DNA from: Eledone cirrhosa
Lineage: Eukaryota
Length of the DNA: 64,000 bases
Assembly (NCBI GenBank): GCA_964016885.1
Contig: OZ024740.1
Coordinates: forward strand, 370,822,001 to 370,886,000
Direction of reading: 5' to 3'
Shown: one piece after another, positions 26,172 to 39,654 of the stretch
Numbering within the stretch: the stretch's first letter is position 1
Layout of the letters: each line of letters opens with the position of its first letter
Notes under the pieces: model-generated
Told to the model about the DNA's origin: nothing
Seen by the model: only the letters and a program-made list of their open reading frames with translations
Databases searched by the model: none
Made by a program: the position numbers and the translations under genes

Positions 26172-26754
26172 ACGCCCTCCCCTGCTTCCTCCGAAAATTA
26201 TAGAAGCTGGATTCTTATAGAATTCCAGTAATAACACAAAACAACGTAGGCAAAATATAGGCCAGTAATGACTATATATTATACCCTCAAAATCATTATA
26301 TTACATGTGCATTAAACAATTAAAAAAAAGCAAAATTCTATTTCTACTCCAAACCTTATCTATATTAATACTTCACAATTTAATCTTATCAAGAGAGAAA
26401 CCTTTTGTACGAGGGGCCTTTCTACAGATTCTTAGTCCCCAATCTATCAGTGGATGGATACTAGAATATATATAAATATTTTTTCTCTCACAACCCCACA
26501 CGTCATAAAAATAAGTGTAATCGAATACAATACACCCAACCCAACCACGACCCGCCACATAAAATACAATTACTCAGCTGTAAAAATACAACGTTTAACA
26601 TAATAAAACAACATCTACCACAAGCATAATCCTCTACCTAATACTTTATGTCTAATTCCGAAAATCATAATCTAGAATTAAATCATCCACATTATAAAAT
26701 ACCCAAAAGAAAGAAAACGTAATAAATTATGACTTAAACCAACTCAGTATACTG

Positions 26755-28760
26755 TTATTAAGAGGACCGGTTTCTTGATTGCCTGTGTTACTTTCGAGTC
26801 ATCAGCATAGCTTGTAAAGGAGGCTACCCGTATTAAAGAGAGAATATCTGAGAGAGCCACCACAAACTGTAGTGGCCTCAAGACAGTTCCCTGGGACACG
26901 CCGCTTGTTATTGAGGTTTCCTTTAAAAGGACCCTGTTGACTGCAATAGTCTGGCTTCTGTCCTTTAAGAAGTCATGAAGTCATTCACCTAGTTTTCCAG
27001 CTTTGTCCAAGCTACGTGAAGGTCTTCGCAATGCCGAGATAGATGACATCTACATTAGAACGGTCTAGCAGCTGTTTGAGTATCCAGTCATAATGCTGTA
27101 AGAGCTGAGTAAAACAACTTTAACCCGGCCGAATACCATGCTGAATGTCAGTTAGAAGATCTTGTTCCTCTAGAAAAGCGATCAGTTTCCTTCTGACAAT
27201 TGGTTCCATAACTTTGCTGATATGTGAGTTTAGGGAGACAAGTCTGTAGTTTTTAGCATCTGCTCTGCTTCCTCCTATGCATAGAACATATTATAGAACG
27301 TAGTATGCCTTCCTTTAGTTTTCCGGGTAGTTTACCACTTGCAAGCAATCTTTGGAAGAGGATCTGCAGTGCTTTTACTAATGTTCGTTTGCATGTTTTT
27401 AGGAGAAACCATCGGGGCTAGCTGCCGAATGGCTGATAGTACATTTTAACCTTTATATCTATGTGGTTGATGGTTGCCATTTCTCTGAGTAATGCAGCAG
27501 GCTTATTTATTTGCATGTGACTCATTGGAGGTGTGAAAACACTTTTGTATTGTTCATGCAGTACATCACTTATCTCTTGGATGTCTGCGGTCAGTGAGCC
27601 ACTTTTCTGGAAAATGGTCCTATCCCGTAGTGTACCGAGGCGGTCTCTTTTGCATAGTTAAAGAAGGCCTTAGGATTCGTCTTTACGTTTTCTATAGTTC
27701 TGGCTTCTCTTTCATGGAAGAGTTTGAGTTATTTTTCAATTTGTAAGAGTGCCTGCTTCAGATGGAATTCTGTCTTGTTCCTTACTTATGCATGTAGTCT
27801 GTTTGAGATCTTTGTTCTTCTTATCATAAGAATTCTTCTGTCTCTGCGAATAATATTTATGTGTCTGTTGGCCTTTCTTTCCAGGGCAAACTTGGAACAT
27901 ATGGCTTGTATTATTTCAATGAATTGTTCAACTTTTATGTTGACATCTTCCATAGAGAGACTGTCGGTCCAGTTTTGCTTCAGGAGCTCCTCCTGAATCG
28001 TTTTCTAGTTAGCTTTGTGGAAGTTTAAGCTGGTTAGAGACCGAGTGCTTCCTGCCGACTGTATATCTTCGGTCTTCCTCTGACTATACATTCCTAGCTC
28101 TACTATATCATGGTCCGAGAAAATCGTTGGTTTTACATTCACATCGTGTGTTTCGTAAAGCAGGGATTCAGGATATTCTCAACTCTTGTTGGGTGGAGTA
28201 CCATTTGTTCCATGAAGTGTCTGTTTTTAAGGTCAAACAAGGATTCTGTCAGCTTTTTTTCAGGTGCCGTCATTCCTGAGAGTGGCTGGCATTCGGGCCA
28301 TTTGACTATGGGGAGGTTCACATCTTCCAGCAGTAGGATGTTGAGACTCCGATCCAAATTGAGCAGCATTTCTTCATCCTTCTGAAGCTATCTTCAAACT
28401 TGTTCTTATGTCTGGGGTATCTGGTGGTCGATATGTGACATATATTACCATTTTGAGTTGCTTCACGTGTACTATTAACGTGTCACAGAACAAGTTGAAA
28501 TGTGACAACAGTACAAATAATGACATCTTCACGGATGTACAAATCAATTCCACAATGAGTTCTCTCCCTCCTCTCACTACGAAATACAACTTACTTTGGT
28601 ATGTATATTTCCATATCTGCTATGCTATCTGTCAGATGCGTTCACAGTTAGTGCCATGCATATTGCTTGATTCCTTGTGGCTAGGTCTCTAAGGTAAAAG
28701 ATCTTACACATGTTGGTCAGTTTCACCAGGCCGTTGACATTTAGTAGTAGCACTGGTGTG
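26755..28760 (-). pseudogene. Degraded CR1/L2-group LINE ORF2 (APE endonuclease + RT)
   Basis: Fragments LLLNVNGL, YRPPDT, DVNLP, SDHDIV, NYRLVSLNSHISKVME, QHGIRPG.SCFTQLL, SGVSQGTVLRPL and YADDSK, with many stops and frameshifts. Confidence 0.85.
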
Positions 28761-29088
28761 ACATTTGGGGTGCCAGTGGTGGCTACTGATATGGCATTCG
28801 CGTGGGTATCAGTGAGTCCTTTTTTTATGGTCGTTACGAGTGTTGATGTGACTTATTTGGCTTTGTATTTGATGAAGCCAAGTCATCTCTCTCACAATTT
28901 GTTCCACTTTCTTTTTAAAAGGCTTGTTCTGCTACAGCCTGTGCTGCTTCCGCATACTGCCGCCGCTTCATCGGGGCAGTACATGCAACCTCAGCATACT
29001 TCCTGGAGAGTGACCCTATGTGCTGTGTTGTTTGTACATGTTGGTTTTGGCTTGGGTAATTGGCATGAGCAGGCCATTAGCTGAACTA

Positions 29089-29167
<79 letters not shown>

Positions 29168-29273
29168 TATATATTTATATATTCATATATATATCTTATA
29201 TTATATTATATTGAAAAACAAGGTGGCGTAGGACAGAACAAAGGAGAGGCACAAAACAAAGAGAAGAATCCCA

Positions 29274-29316
29274 GTTACTGAAGAGGTCACAGAATGTGTG
29301 ACGAAAGAACTTTGAC
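29274..29316 (+). ncRNA. Type-I hammerhead ribozyme in a (TA)n-flanked insert (~29215-29450)
   Basis: gtta-CTGAAGA-g gtcac agaatgt gtgac-GAAA-gaaCTT-tgac. Confidence 0.75.
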
Positions 29317-29767
29317 AATATATGAACAACCAGCCAACCAGAAATTTATAAATTCTTAAATTTATATATTTAATTTATAATAAATTGGAGTGAAAGCAAC
29401 TGGTGCGTGTGTTTCTTATTGGCAACATGACCCTCCCAAAGTATAACAATATATTATATTATATTATATATATAATATTGTAACATGAGTATGACAACAT
29501 TGTAGTTAGAAGATCCACATTTATCATGTAATTGACTCGTGCTTCGTTATCTCACAAATGAACAAGATATATTATATATATTTATATAATATATATATAT
29601 TATATATTTATATAATATATATATCATACATATATATATATATATTGTGTCCAGCATGGCCACAGTCTAATGACTGAAACCAGTAAGAGAATAAAAGAAT
29701 ATATTATATGTATCAGATATATTGTAAATATATATAGCAGTAAAATTGATGCTAGTCCCGTCAACTT

Positions 29768-29851
<84 letters not shown>

Positions 29852-29911
29852 ACAACAGTTACAGGCGGCGCCCCGTTCGAAGTACTTGATGAAGTCACGA
29901 GATCCGTTTTG

Positions 29912-29971
<60 letters not shown>

Positions 29972-29977
<6 letters not shown>

Positions 29978-30270
29978 GGTTATTTTAATTGGAAGAGTCA
30001 ACGTTGTCACATTCTGCGTCACGCTGAATCTCCCTGAGAACTACGTTAAGGGTACGTGTGTCTATGGAATGCTCAACCACATGTACGTTAATTTCACGAC
30101 GACGAGTGTTGCACTTGCTCAGATCAACGGAGCAGCCTGCCTGCTCGTGAAATTAACGTGCATGTGGTTGAGCATTCCATAGACACACGTACACTTAATG
30201 TAGTTCTCAGGGAGATTCAGCGTGACACAGAATGTGACAACGTTGACTCTTCCAATTAAAATAACCACAA
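29972..30270. repeat. Foldback of a SINE-like body segment, embedded in (TA)n
   Basis: Arms ~29972-30098 / 30144-30270 with a few mismatches; no HHR core seen. Confidence 0.85.
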
Positions 30271-30285
30271 TATATATATACATAC

Positions 30286-30399
<114 letters not shown>

Positions 30400-30424
30400 T
30401 ATATATATGATATATATGTATGTA

Positions 30425-30498
<74 letters not shown>

Positions 30499-30572
30499 TA
30501 TATACATATATACATACATATATATCATATATATACATATATATACTTATATATATATATATCATATATATC

Positions 30573-30611
<39 letters not shown>

Positions 30612-30614
30612 CAT

Positions 30615-30920
30615 ATAGAATATTAAATGTTAAGTGTTAATTGAACAAGTACTTTCATGCTTTCGCAATCTTCAGGTTCATAATGTGTGGTGACAGTCAA
30701 GTTTGCAATTTTCACAGTTAAAAATTGCAAACTTGACTGTCACCACACATTATGAACCTGAAGATTGCGAAAGCATGAAAGTACTTGTTCAACTAACACT
30801 TAACATTTAATATTCTATCATACTATTTCATTCTAATACCATTATAAATGTTAAAGGATTGTAAATAAAACGAGTAAATCAGACAAAGTTGGAATTCCTC
30901 TTATTAATATAATCTTCTAT
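30615..30920. mobile_element. PLE-type foldback (arms 30615-30712 / 30721-30818, right arm extended)
   Basis: Near-perfect ~98-bp inverted arms between (TA)n tracts. Confidence 0.88.
30753..30791 (+). ncRNA. Minimal HHR with palindromic stem III (inverted copy at 30642-30680)
   Basis: tgaac-CTGAAGA-ttgc gaaa gcat-GAAA-gtaCTT-gttca; AAGTACTT is self-complementary. Confidence 0.85.
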
Positions 30921-30941
30921 ACAAACTCATACACATCCGTG

Positions 30942-31096
<155 letters not shown>

Positions 31097-31106
31097 GTAT
31101 ATATAT

Positions 31107-31177
<71 letters not shown>

Positions 31178-31200
31178 TATATACATATATATATAATTAT

Positions 31201-31425
31201 GTACACGTACATACATATATGTATACAGACGTACAGTAGTATGTATATATATATACATACATGCACACATATATATATATATGTACGTATGGATTCACCT
31301 AACATTTATTATAATGCTCGGTGTGTTCAAACAAGCAACGATGGTTGCTGGACACTACGGCTTAATACGGGATGTTTGTTTACAAACACACCGAGCATTA
31401 TAATAAATGTTCGGTGAATCCATAC

Positions 31426-31508
<83 letters not shown>

Positions 31509-31571
31509 CATGTATGTATATATATATACATACTACTGTACGTCTGTATACATATATGTATGTACGTGTAC
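31201..31571. repeat. Foldback with microsatellite-containing arms
   Basis: gtacacgtac...ggattcacctaacatttattataatgctcggtgtgt and its reverse complement at 31384-31571. Confidence 0.8.
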
Positions 31572-31619
31572 ATACTTATATTTAAGTAACAGCCGTACTA
31601 AGAGTGAGAAATGAAATTT

Positions 31620-32476
<857 letters not shown>

Positions 32477-32527
32477 AAAAGAGAGTATGTAAAAATATGA
32501 CGACCTTGAAAAAGAAAAGTTGGCAAA

Positions 32528-32600
32528 ACTTACCATGCATCAGTGTGATGAACGCATTATAAAGTGTGGTTGTTTCCGTCAACTCGCCCAGCTTTATATA
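32528..32600 (-). promoter_or_regulatory. Candidate TATA promoter, short first exon and splice donor, possibly of the 23.2-kb peptide gene
   Basis: Minus strand TATATAAAG (32600-32592), CACACTTT ~30 nt downstream, then CATG|GTAAGT donor at 32533. Confidence 0.45.
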
Positions 32601-32949
32601 ACTTTTATGTGACATATTTTTGTTTCTAATTTAAGAAGCGAATATCGTTGGAGGCGGTTTTTTGGTGACAGGGATGGTGGTGGTTGCGGTGGCTATGGTG
32701 GTGGGGTTGGTAGTAGCAGCTTTTGAGTGTTGTTAACGGATGTCATATTTGTTTTAATAGTGCTCACATATTTATTGTAATGTTCATTTGATTATTTTGT
32801 TTTCGTGTCCCTGATATGATCAACAGTAAATCTTCACTTATTAATTTTTAATATATAAATATATACATATTGATATCTAATCAATCACAAAACCCAATTT
32901 TTGTGGGGGGTGGGAGGCAGGGAAAGGAATTAGTTCGGATTGTTATGGA

Positions 32950-33205
32950 TGTAATAAACAGGGACAGTGGGTATTTATATAAACACAGACCCCCCTCCCC
33001 AAAAAATAACAAATTGATAACAACAGAATTCCCTTATTTGGGTGGCACCATCCAGGAGGAGTTAAGTAACCCTACAGATGTTAGCTCCTCCCCCCTCACC
33101 AATGACACCATAAGCAAATGCCCCTCTCTTCTTTATTCTGGAGTAGGCTGATTCATTCGGGCCATTCTCGCTATATTCACCCACCTTTTAATAAATATAC
33201 TGTAG
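32950..33205 (-). mobile_element. Old Tx1 3'-end remnant
   Basis: attcattcgggccattctcgctatattcacccaccttt matches the last ORF2 codons (RWVNIARMARMN) of the Tx1 copies. Confidence 0.65.
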
Positions 33206-35766
33206 TTTTCAGCAGGGCATGAGCCTGTTTCTACCCACCCCAACTGCTCACAGGCCAATTGAAACGGACAATACTGAAAAGCATGGGAACATACGCCTGG
33301 TCCTACTTAGTTGGCGGAGGGGTCACTAGATATAACAACCTAGAATTTGGTATTTATTATAATTGGGATGCGTTGGAGAGCGGCAGCTTGGTAGAATCGC
33401 TAAACCTCTGATAGAATCCTTAGCAGTGTTCATTCTGACTATCTGTGCACTGGGTTCGAATCGCATCATGGACAATTTTGTCTTTTTTTTCCTTTCTGGG
33501 GTCGATAAAATAAAGCACCGGGTATTTTTAATCCGTTACTTCATACTCACCAATGAGTCGTTATTCTTTCTTCCTTCCTATTTTTTTAATTCAGTCTTTT
33601 TTTACTTTCCACTTACTAATTATGCTTAATTATAATTTGTTTTATAGTAATTCATATTTCCAAACTAAACTTTGTTATATTTAATAATTATTAAATATAG
33701 AAACGAGGCAGTTGTTTGGCAGAATCGTTAGATCATCAGACGAAATGGTTTGTGGTATTTGATTCTGCTCTTTACATTCTGAGTTCAAATTTCACCGAGA
33801 CCAACATTGCTTTTCATCTTTCTGGGGGAAGATAAAATAAAGTACCAGTCAAGTACTGGATCGATTTAATCGTTTTCCCCTCCCACAAATTCCTTGCCTT
33901 GTGCCTAAATAAGAAATCATAACGAAAATTAGAAATCATTATAATTGGGATGGGTTAGCTTAATCAGTTGAGCCTTTTACAATTTGTCTTTTTTATATTG
34001 GTTGTAGTGTGAGTGAGTGATGTGGATAAAGTACCGGACAGTCAATACAAGTGACTGTACTATCCCTACACATTTGCAGTCTTGTGTTCACGTTAGAAAT
34101 CATTATCATTGTGTTGGATGTCCATATAAATTGCCGGAAGTTATTTCAGTAGCGTCCCTCAAATCTCGGTGAGATCAACTCAGTCATACAACCTCCCAGA
34201 CCCATAAAAAAGCTGTCGTCCGTGCATGGTTGTTTGGTTAAGGTTTATTTCTTCTTCAAAACCATGAACATTAGGATTCGATTCTAGTGCACGTTACTTT
34301 GAGCAAAAGACTTCTACTGTAGTATCAGATTGACTAATGGAATTAGGTGGACGAAAACTGCGCAGAAGCTCATCGTGTGTGTGTGTGTTTTTATATTTTC
34401 TTTGCTGATATATGTCAGCGAAGACTTGCAAACATCAACGAAAAAAACAAACAAATCGGTACGTTACGAACTAAATCTCATAAGTCTGCATTGAATTATA
34501 GATAGTCCCTTGTCATTCGCACCCTCAGAAATACAGTAAACCAGTGAATGACCCATTGGAAACCTGTTACTAACGACGTTAATTTTCACAAATAGCAATA
34601 TAACAAATATTTAAAAATAAATAATGCTATTGATTTAATTGAATCTACATACACACTCTAAAAATAATTGTTAAATTGTTCAATATGTAAAAAGATATTT
34701 TATTTCATTTATTTGGAGCGTTATAAACAAAGGTCTTTCGTCATATTCCTGATATTTCACCACTTAATCTTTTATTGCATTTCTCGTTTATTTCAAACGG
34801 GTCAAACTTAACCACCAATTAGTTCTTATAGGATAAGTTCAGTTTGTTTATCCATTATTTATTTATTTTTAACTTTTAAATATATTGCTGTGATCGTCTT
34901 GTGACTTCTCAGCCTTCTTATTGGTTGCGTGCAGGTGTATTTGTAGTAGGGGAGACGGGTGTATGTTAGTGTGTCCGGGTTTAAATCAAAACGTAGGAGT
35001 TGAGAATGCCAGTAGATATAGTACGTTAATCTGTTTCCTTTTAAAGTGATCATGTTTACTTACTTTCGTTTTAACACGTCACACATATAACATTTAAGAT
35101 TCTAAATATATAATCTTACTAGCATAGCATTCATAAATGTTATGATCTACTACAAAGGCGACGAATTGGCAAAATCGTTAGTCCTTCAGTTGTCTTGTAG
35201 TTTGCGTTTCAGTTCTCTGCACTCATCTTTGCTTTTCCTCATTATATTTCTAATTCAAATGTCTAGTCTAGTTACATTGTTTCACGCTTGTTCGGCCTGA
35301 GACCCGTGTTAAGAGTATACGTGTCATTTGCGCTTTATTTTCACGAATAGAAATTCAGTTGGTTAAACAAATGAATACTCGTCGTCAAAATCGATGGAGA
35401 ATCTACCATTTTCATTGTAACAATGTTTGCTTGATGGCAACATAATTGTGTGGAAAAGAGTGTAGTGGACTGAATCGACAGGGAGTAAGGTAGATCCTGT
35501 TCCTAACAAGACAGAATGTAGTTCGAATTAAAAATATTAGTTTAAGATTCAAGAGTGGTGGGAAAGACGTTTCGGTCTACGCCTTTCTTCAAAAGACAGA
35601 AAAAAACAAAAATGAGCGGGTGATAATAAAAAACACGTTTGAGTTTGTGTTTACATCATGGCGATTAGAAAGGCAGGAGTGAAAGGGAATTGAGCATGAC
35701 TTGATGACAAGAGAGTGTATGAGAAACAGTAAAACTATATGTGTATATATATATACTTGATGAATG

Positions 35767-35853
<87 letters not shown>

Positions 35854-35923
35854 GGGGGGGGCACGTATACACATCGAAGCATACACGCGTAAAATCACAC
35901 CCTAGTCCACTCTAGATGGAGAA

Positions 35924-36268
35924 ATTTCGGTCCATACCTCGACGGCCTACCGCGACTTTCGGACAGCGAGGCGAAGTTCTGCGAAAAGCCGATTTCAGCC
36001 GCTGAGATAGGGGACGCGCTCAGCCAATGCGGCAAACGAAAATCTCCAGGTCTCGACGGTCTACCCTACGAATTTTATGTAGCAATGCCGGACTTGTTCT
36101 CCGGTCTCCTGGAAGCGGTCTACTGCAACTGGCAGCAGAACGGGAGAATTCCCAGTTCTGTGAGCAGGGTCGTAGTCACACTAGTCAGGAAGGACGAGAA
36201 TAAGGGGGATGACATAGGCAACTTCCGGCCCATAACTCTGCTAAACACAGAGTTACAGATTTTGGCCA
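35924..36268 (+). mobile_element. Inverted 345-bp Tx1 RT fragment
   Basis: Encodes ...KSPGLDGLPYEFY...NFRPITLLNTELQILA on the plus strand; homologous but not identical to 38038-38382. Confidence 0.9.
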
Positions 36269-39200
36269 GCACCTCTCTCTCCATCCTGATTCTTCTTCCA
36301 AAGTGGTATTTGAAAAAAAGAATCAGTTGTTGGCCGGAGAGAAAGGTGTCTGACCTCAGCCCTTTCAACCTTGTCCACCATACAACCTCTTTCGCCATAG
36401 CTATCACACAAAGGAAAACCGCCTCTCCTTCGTTTTTGAAGAAGGGTAGCGGTTTGATCATGACAATGGACTCGGTGGTCAACCGCATTGGTCCCACCCG
36501 CGACAATAGTCGTTCTACATAGCCCCACAGGTCAGTGGCGCCCGGGCAGTGTATGAATGCGTGCGCGACGGTTTCTTCGTCTCGCACGCACCGCGGACAG
36601 ATCTTTTTTGCAGGGTCCCTGCTCGGGCGCCCATGTCTGTAGAGCTTGTCACGAACTGGTAGAGCTCCTCGGTAGCACTGCCAGGCCAGGGACTTTTGGA
36701 AGTTGTCCATCGGTCCCGGGCGGAAGGTCCTACCGAACAGACTGGCCAGTTCATCTTCCTCTACGCCTAGAGTTTCACCGAGCGCGTCGTCGCACTTGCT
36801 TCGGATCAACCCTCTATAGAATGACGAAGTGGAGTCTCCACTGATCGCCGGGTCCGCTTGCCAGAGGGTTGCGAGCGCCTGATCACATTCGATGTACCAG
36901 TCGCCCATTTTCCGCGGTCTTTGCTTGACCCAGGACTGCAGCTCGGTCAGCGAGATGAGTCGTGGGAAGGCTCGCCTCACGAACGAGGCCCACACCGGTT
37001 GTCCGGTGAGGAATACGTAGAGATGCCGCAGCCTGAGCGCGTGTTTGCGCATCGTCAGCCACGGCATCCCCAGCCCTCCGTTAGAAGGGTGTTGGCAGGA
37101 GATGGATCTTCTCACCAAAGGAGCCCGCCTCTTCCAAAGGAATTGGAAGAGCGCGCGCTCCATTTTGGCGAGCGTTTTGGCTGGACAAGGCACGACGGTC
37201 AAGCGGTAGTAGATGGCGGACGCTATAAAAGTGTTCGCCACCTCCGCTCGACCTTTCAAGGATAGTTTGCACTCGGCCCACTTCTGGGTGAGGGCAAACA
37301 CCTTGGCCGTCACTTCGTTCCAGTTCTTCTCCACCTGGAGGTCCGGACCAAACCAGACCCCGAGCAGGTTTACCTGTCCTTCCGTCCAGCGTCCGACGAC
37401 GCCATCGGAAGGCATCGGTTTGCCTCTCCATGATCCAAGTTGCCAACCGATGGACTTGTCCCGGTTCAGCTTTGCTCCTGTGAAACTTTCGTATTCCTTC
37501 AGTAAGGTGCCGACTTCCTCGATTTGCGAGGTGCTCGACACCATTACTGTCAAGTCGTCGGCGTAGGCCGACGCCGCTTTCCACAGTCCCGGTTCCAGAA
37601 GGAAGCCCTGCAATAGCTCCAACTTCCGCAGTAGTGGCTCGAGAGTCAGTACGTACAGAAGGGAGGAGAGATGGCATCCTTGTCGAATGGAGCGCGTAAT
37701 ATGGAACGGCTCCGTCCGAGAGGTAGCCGTTCACCTTGACCCTTGAGCAGATGTTGCTGTTGTGCATTGCAGCAATCCAGCCCATGAACACGGGTCCGAA
37801 GCCTGCCGCCTCGAGCACCGCATCCAAGTAACAATGGTCAACCCTATCGAAAGCCTTAGACTGATCCAAGTTGATCCGGGCCCCACCGAAGCCGGGTTTA
37901 CACCCTACCCTCTCTATGATGTATCGCATGAGGTGGAGGTTGTCGTGTATGGACCTGGTCAGGATTGCGCATGTCTGCGCTTCTCGCTTCTCCCACCAGG
38001 TTCTCGACGACAAGCGCCAGCCTCTTTGCCAACACCTTGGCCAACATCTGTAACTCTGTGTTTAGCAGAGTTATGGGCCGGAAGTTGCCTATGTCATCCC
38101 CTTTATTCTCGTCCTTCCTGACTAGTGTGACTACGCCCCCGGTTACAGAACTGGGAATTCTCCCGTTCTGTTGCCAGTTGCAGTAGACCGCTTCCAGGAG
38201 ACAGGAGAATAAGTCCGGCATTGCTACGTAAAATTCGTAGGGTAGACCGTCGAGACCTGGAGATTTGCGTTTGCTGCATTGGCTCAGCGCGTCCCCTAAC
38301 TCAGTGGCTGAAATCGGCTTTTCGCAGAACTTCGCCTCGCTGTCCGAGAGTCGCGGTAGGCCGTCGAGGTATGGACCGAAATCCATAGCCCCTCCCGGCG
38401 CGCCGCCCCGCCCGAACAGTTGAGCAAAGTGCCGCTGAAAGGCCGCACACATCTGCTTCGGCTCACGTATCACGCGTCCATTTTGGTCATTCAAAGACCG
38501 AATCGTGGACTTGTTGCCACTTTGTGCCTCCGTCACTCGGGCCCACCTAACAGCTTTGGCTCCCTCGTTTCCCAGAGCACGTATTTTGCTTCTGACAACG
38601 CAGCCCTCGTGCTTTGCGTCGAAGAACTGGTCCAAGGCCGTTCTCGTTGCTAGCACGCTGGCTACGTTGCCACTTCTATTTGCCTCTTCTACTTTATCTA
38701 CCAGTTCCTTCTCGGTTCTATTTTCTATCTAACGCTAATTCTTTACTAAAAACTAACGAGTCTAATCTAACTGCCCTCTTGAGAGAGTACCACCATCTGT
38801 TGTTGACAATGGCCCCTGTCAAGTGCTATTTAACTAAAGTGCTAATCCGTCTACTGTAGGCTTTTCTTGTCGGTAACGACAAGTTCAGATTCCAGTAGCC
38901 GGGTCCTTGTCTATGGGTTCTATCAAGGTTGGCCATGCAGGTCACTAGTTTGTGATCTGAATAGGCAACTATGAACATTTGTGAACAGCTTAACATGTCC
39001 TTATCCTTATTTCTAACTAGAACCCTATCTAGGTATGATCTAGATGTTCCGCCACGATTAGTCCACGTCCACAGTGGCACAGTCGGAAAATCTAATCGAT
39101 ATCTATCTGCCAGGTCAAATCGGTCGATTAACTGTTTGAGGCTGTTACACCCCTCTTTATCGGGACATCCTCCCACATAGTCCCAACGTGCATTCCAGTC

Positions 39201-39620
39201 CCCCACTAAAAGCAAGGAGCGGGACGTTCCCAGAAAAGTCTCTAGATGTTTGAAGAAGTCTGGCCGCGGTGTCCCGGGTGGGGCATATGCGGCCACCAGC
39301 CTGAAGACTCCACCTTCACTACCGTCAACGTCTAGGACCACCAGTCGACCCTCCGGGTCCCGATGTACCGTCTGTGTTACGAGGCCCAGGTGTTTCCGCA
39401 GCAAAACGGCAACTCCGCCCCCACCCCCCGGTTGACAGAGAGATGCGTAGATCTCAAAGTCATCGAAGATGGGGGCCAGCTGTCGCTCGCTGTGGATCCT
39501 GGACTCGCAAATGGCTACCACATCCATACTGTGCGACCTGAGGTCGTTTGAGAGTTTGCCCTGTTTCCAGGGCATCCCCAGGCCGCGTACGTTCACACAT
39601 CCAACTCTTATATTGGCCAT
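36267..39620 (-). pseudogene. Tx1 ORF2 (APE-RT-zinc knuckle), disrupted
   Basis: NVRGL, VGDWN, YLDR, SDH, SPGLDGL, RPITLLN, LDQSKAFDRV, YADD. Stop at 38826 and frameshifts at ~38722, ~37985 and ~37715. Confidence 0.95.
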
Positions 39621-39654
39621 GTTGGTGCTGAAAAGTTAAAAGAGGAAAAGAGAT

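Noticed and set aside
35563-35598. Minus-strand TTGAAGA-aaggcgtagacc-GAAACGTC, and ATGATGA...GAAAC..GTA at 51265-51311
   Set aside because: Probably decayed PLE HHRs, but C3 is mutated and stem I or II fails; not counted as ribozymes.
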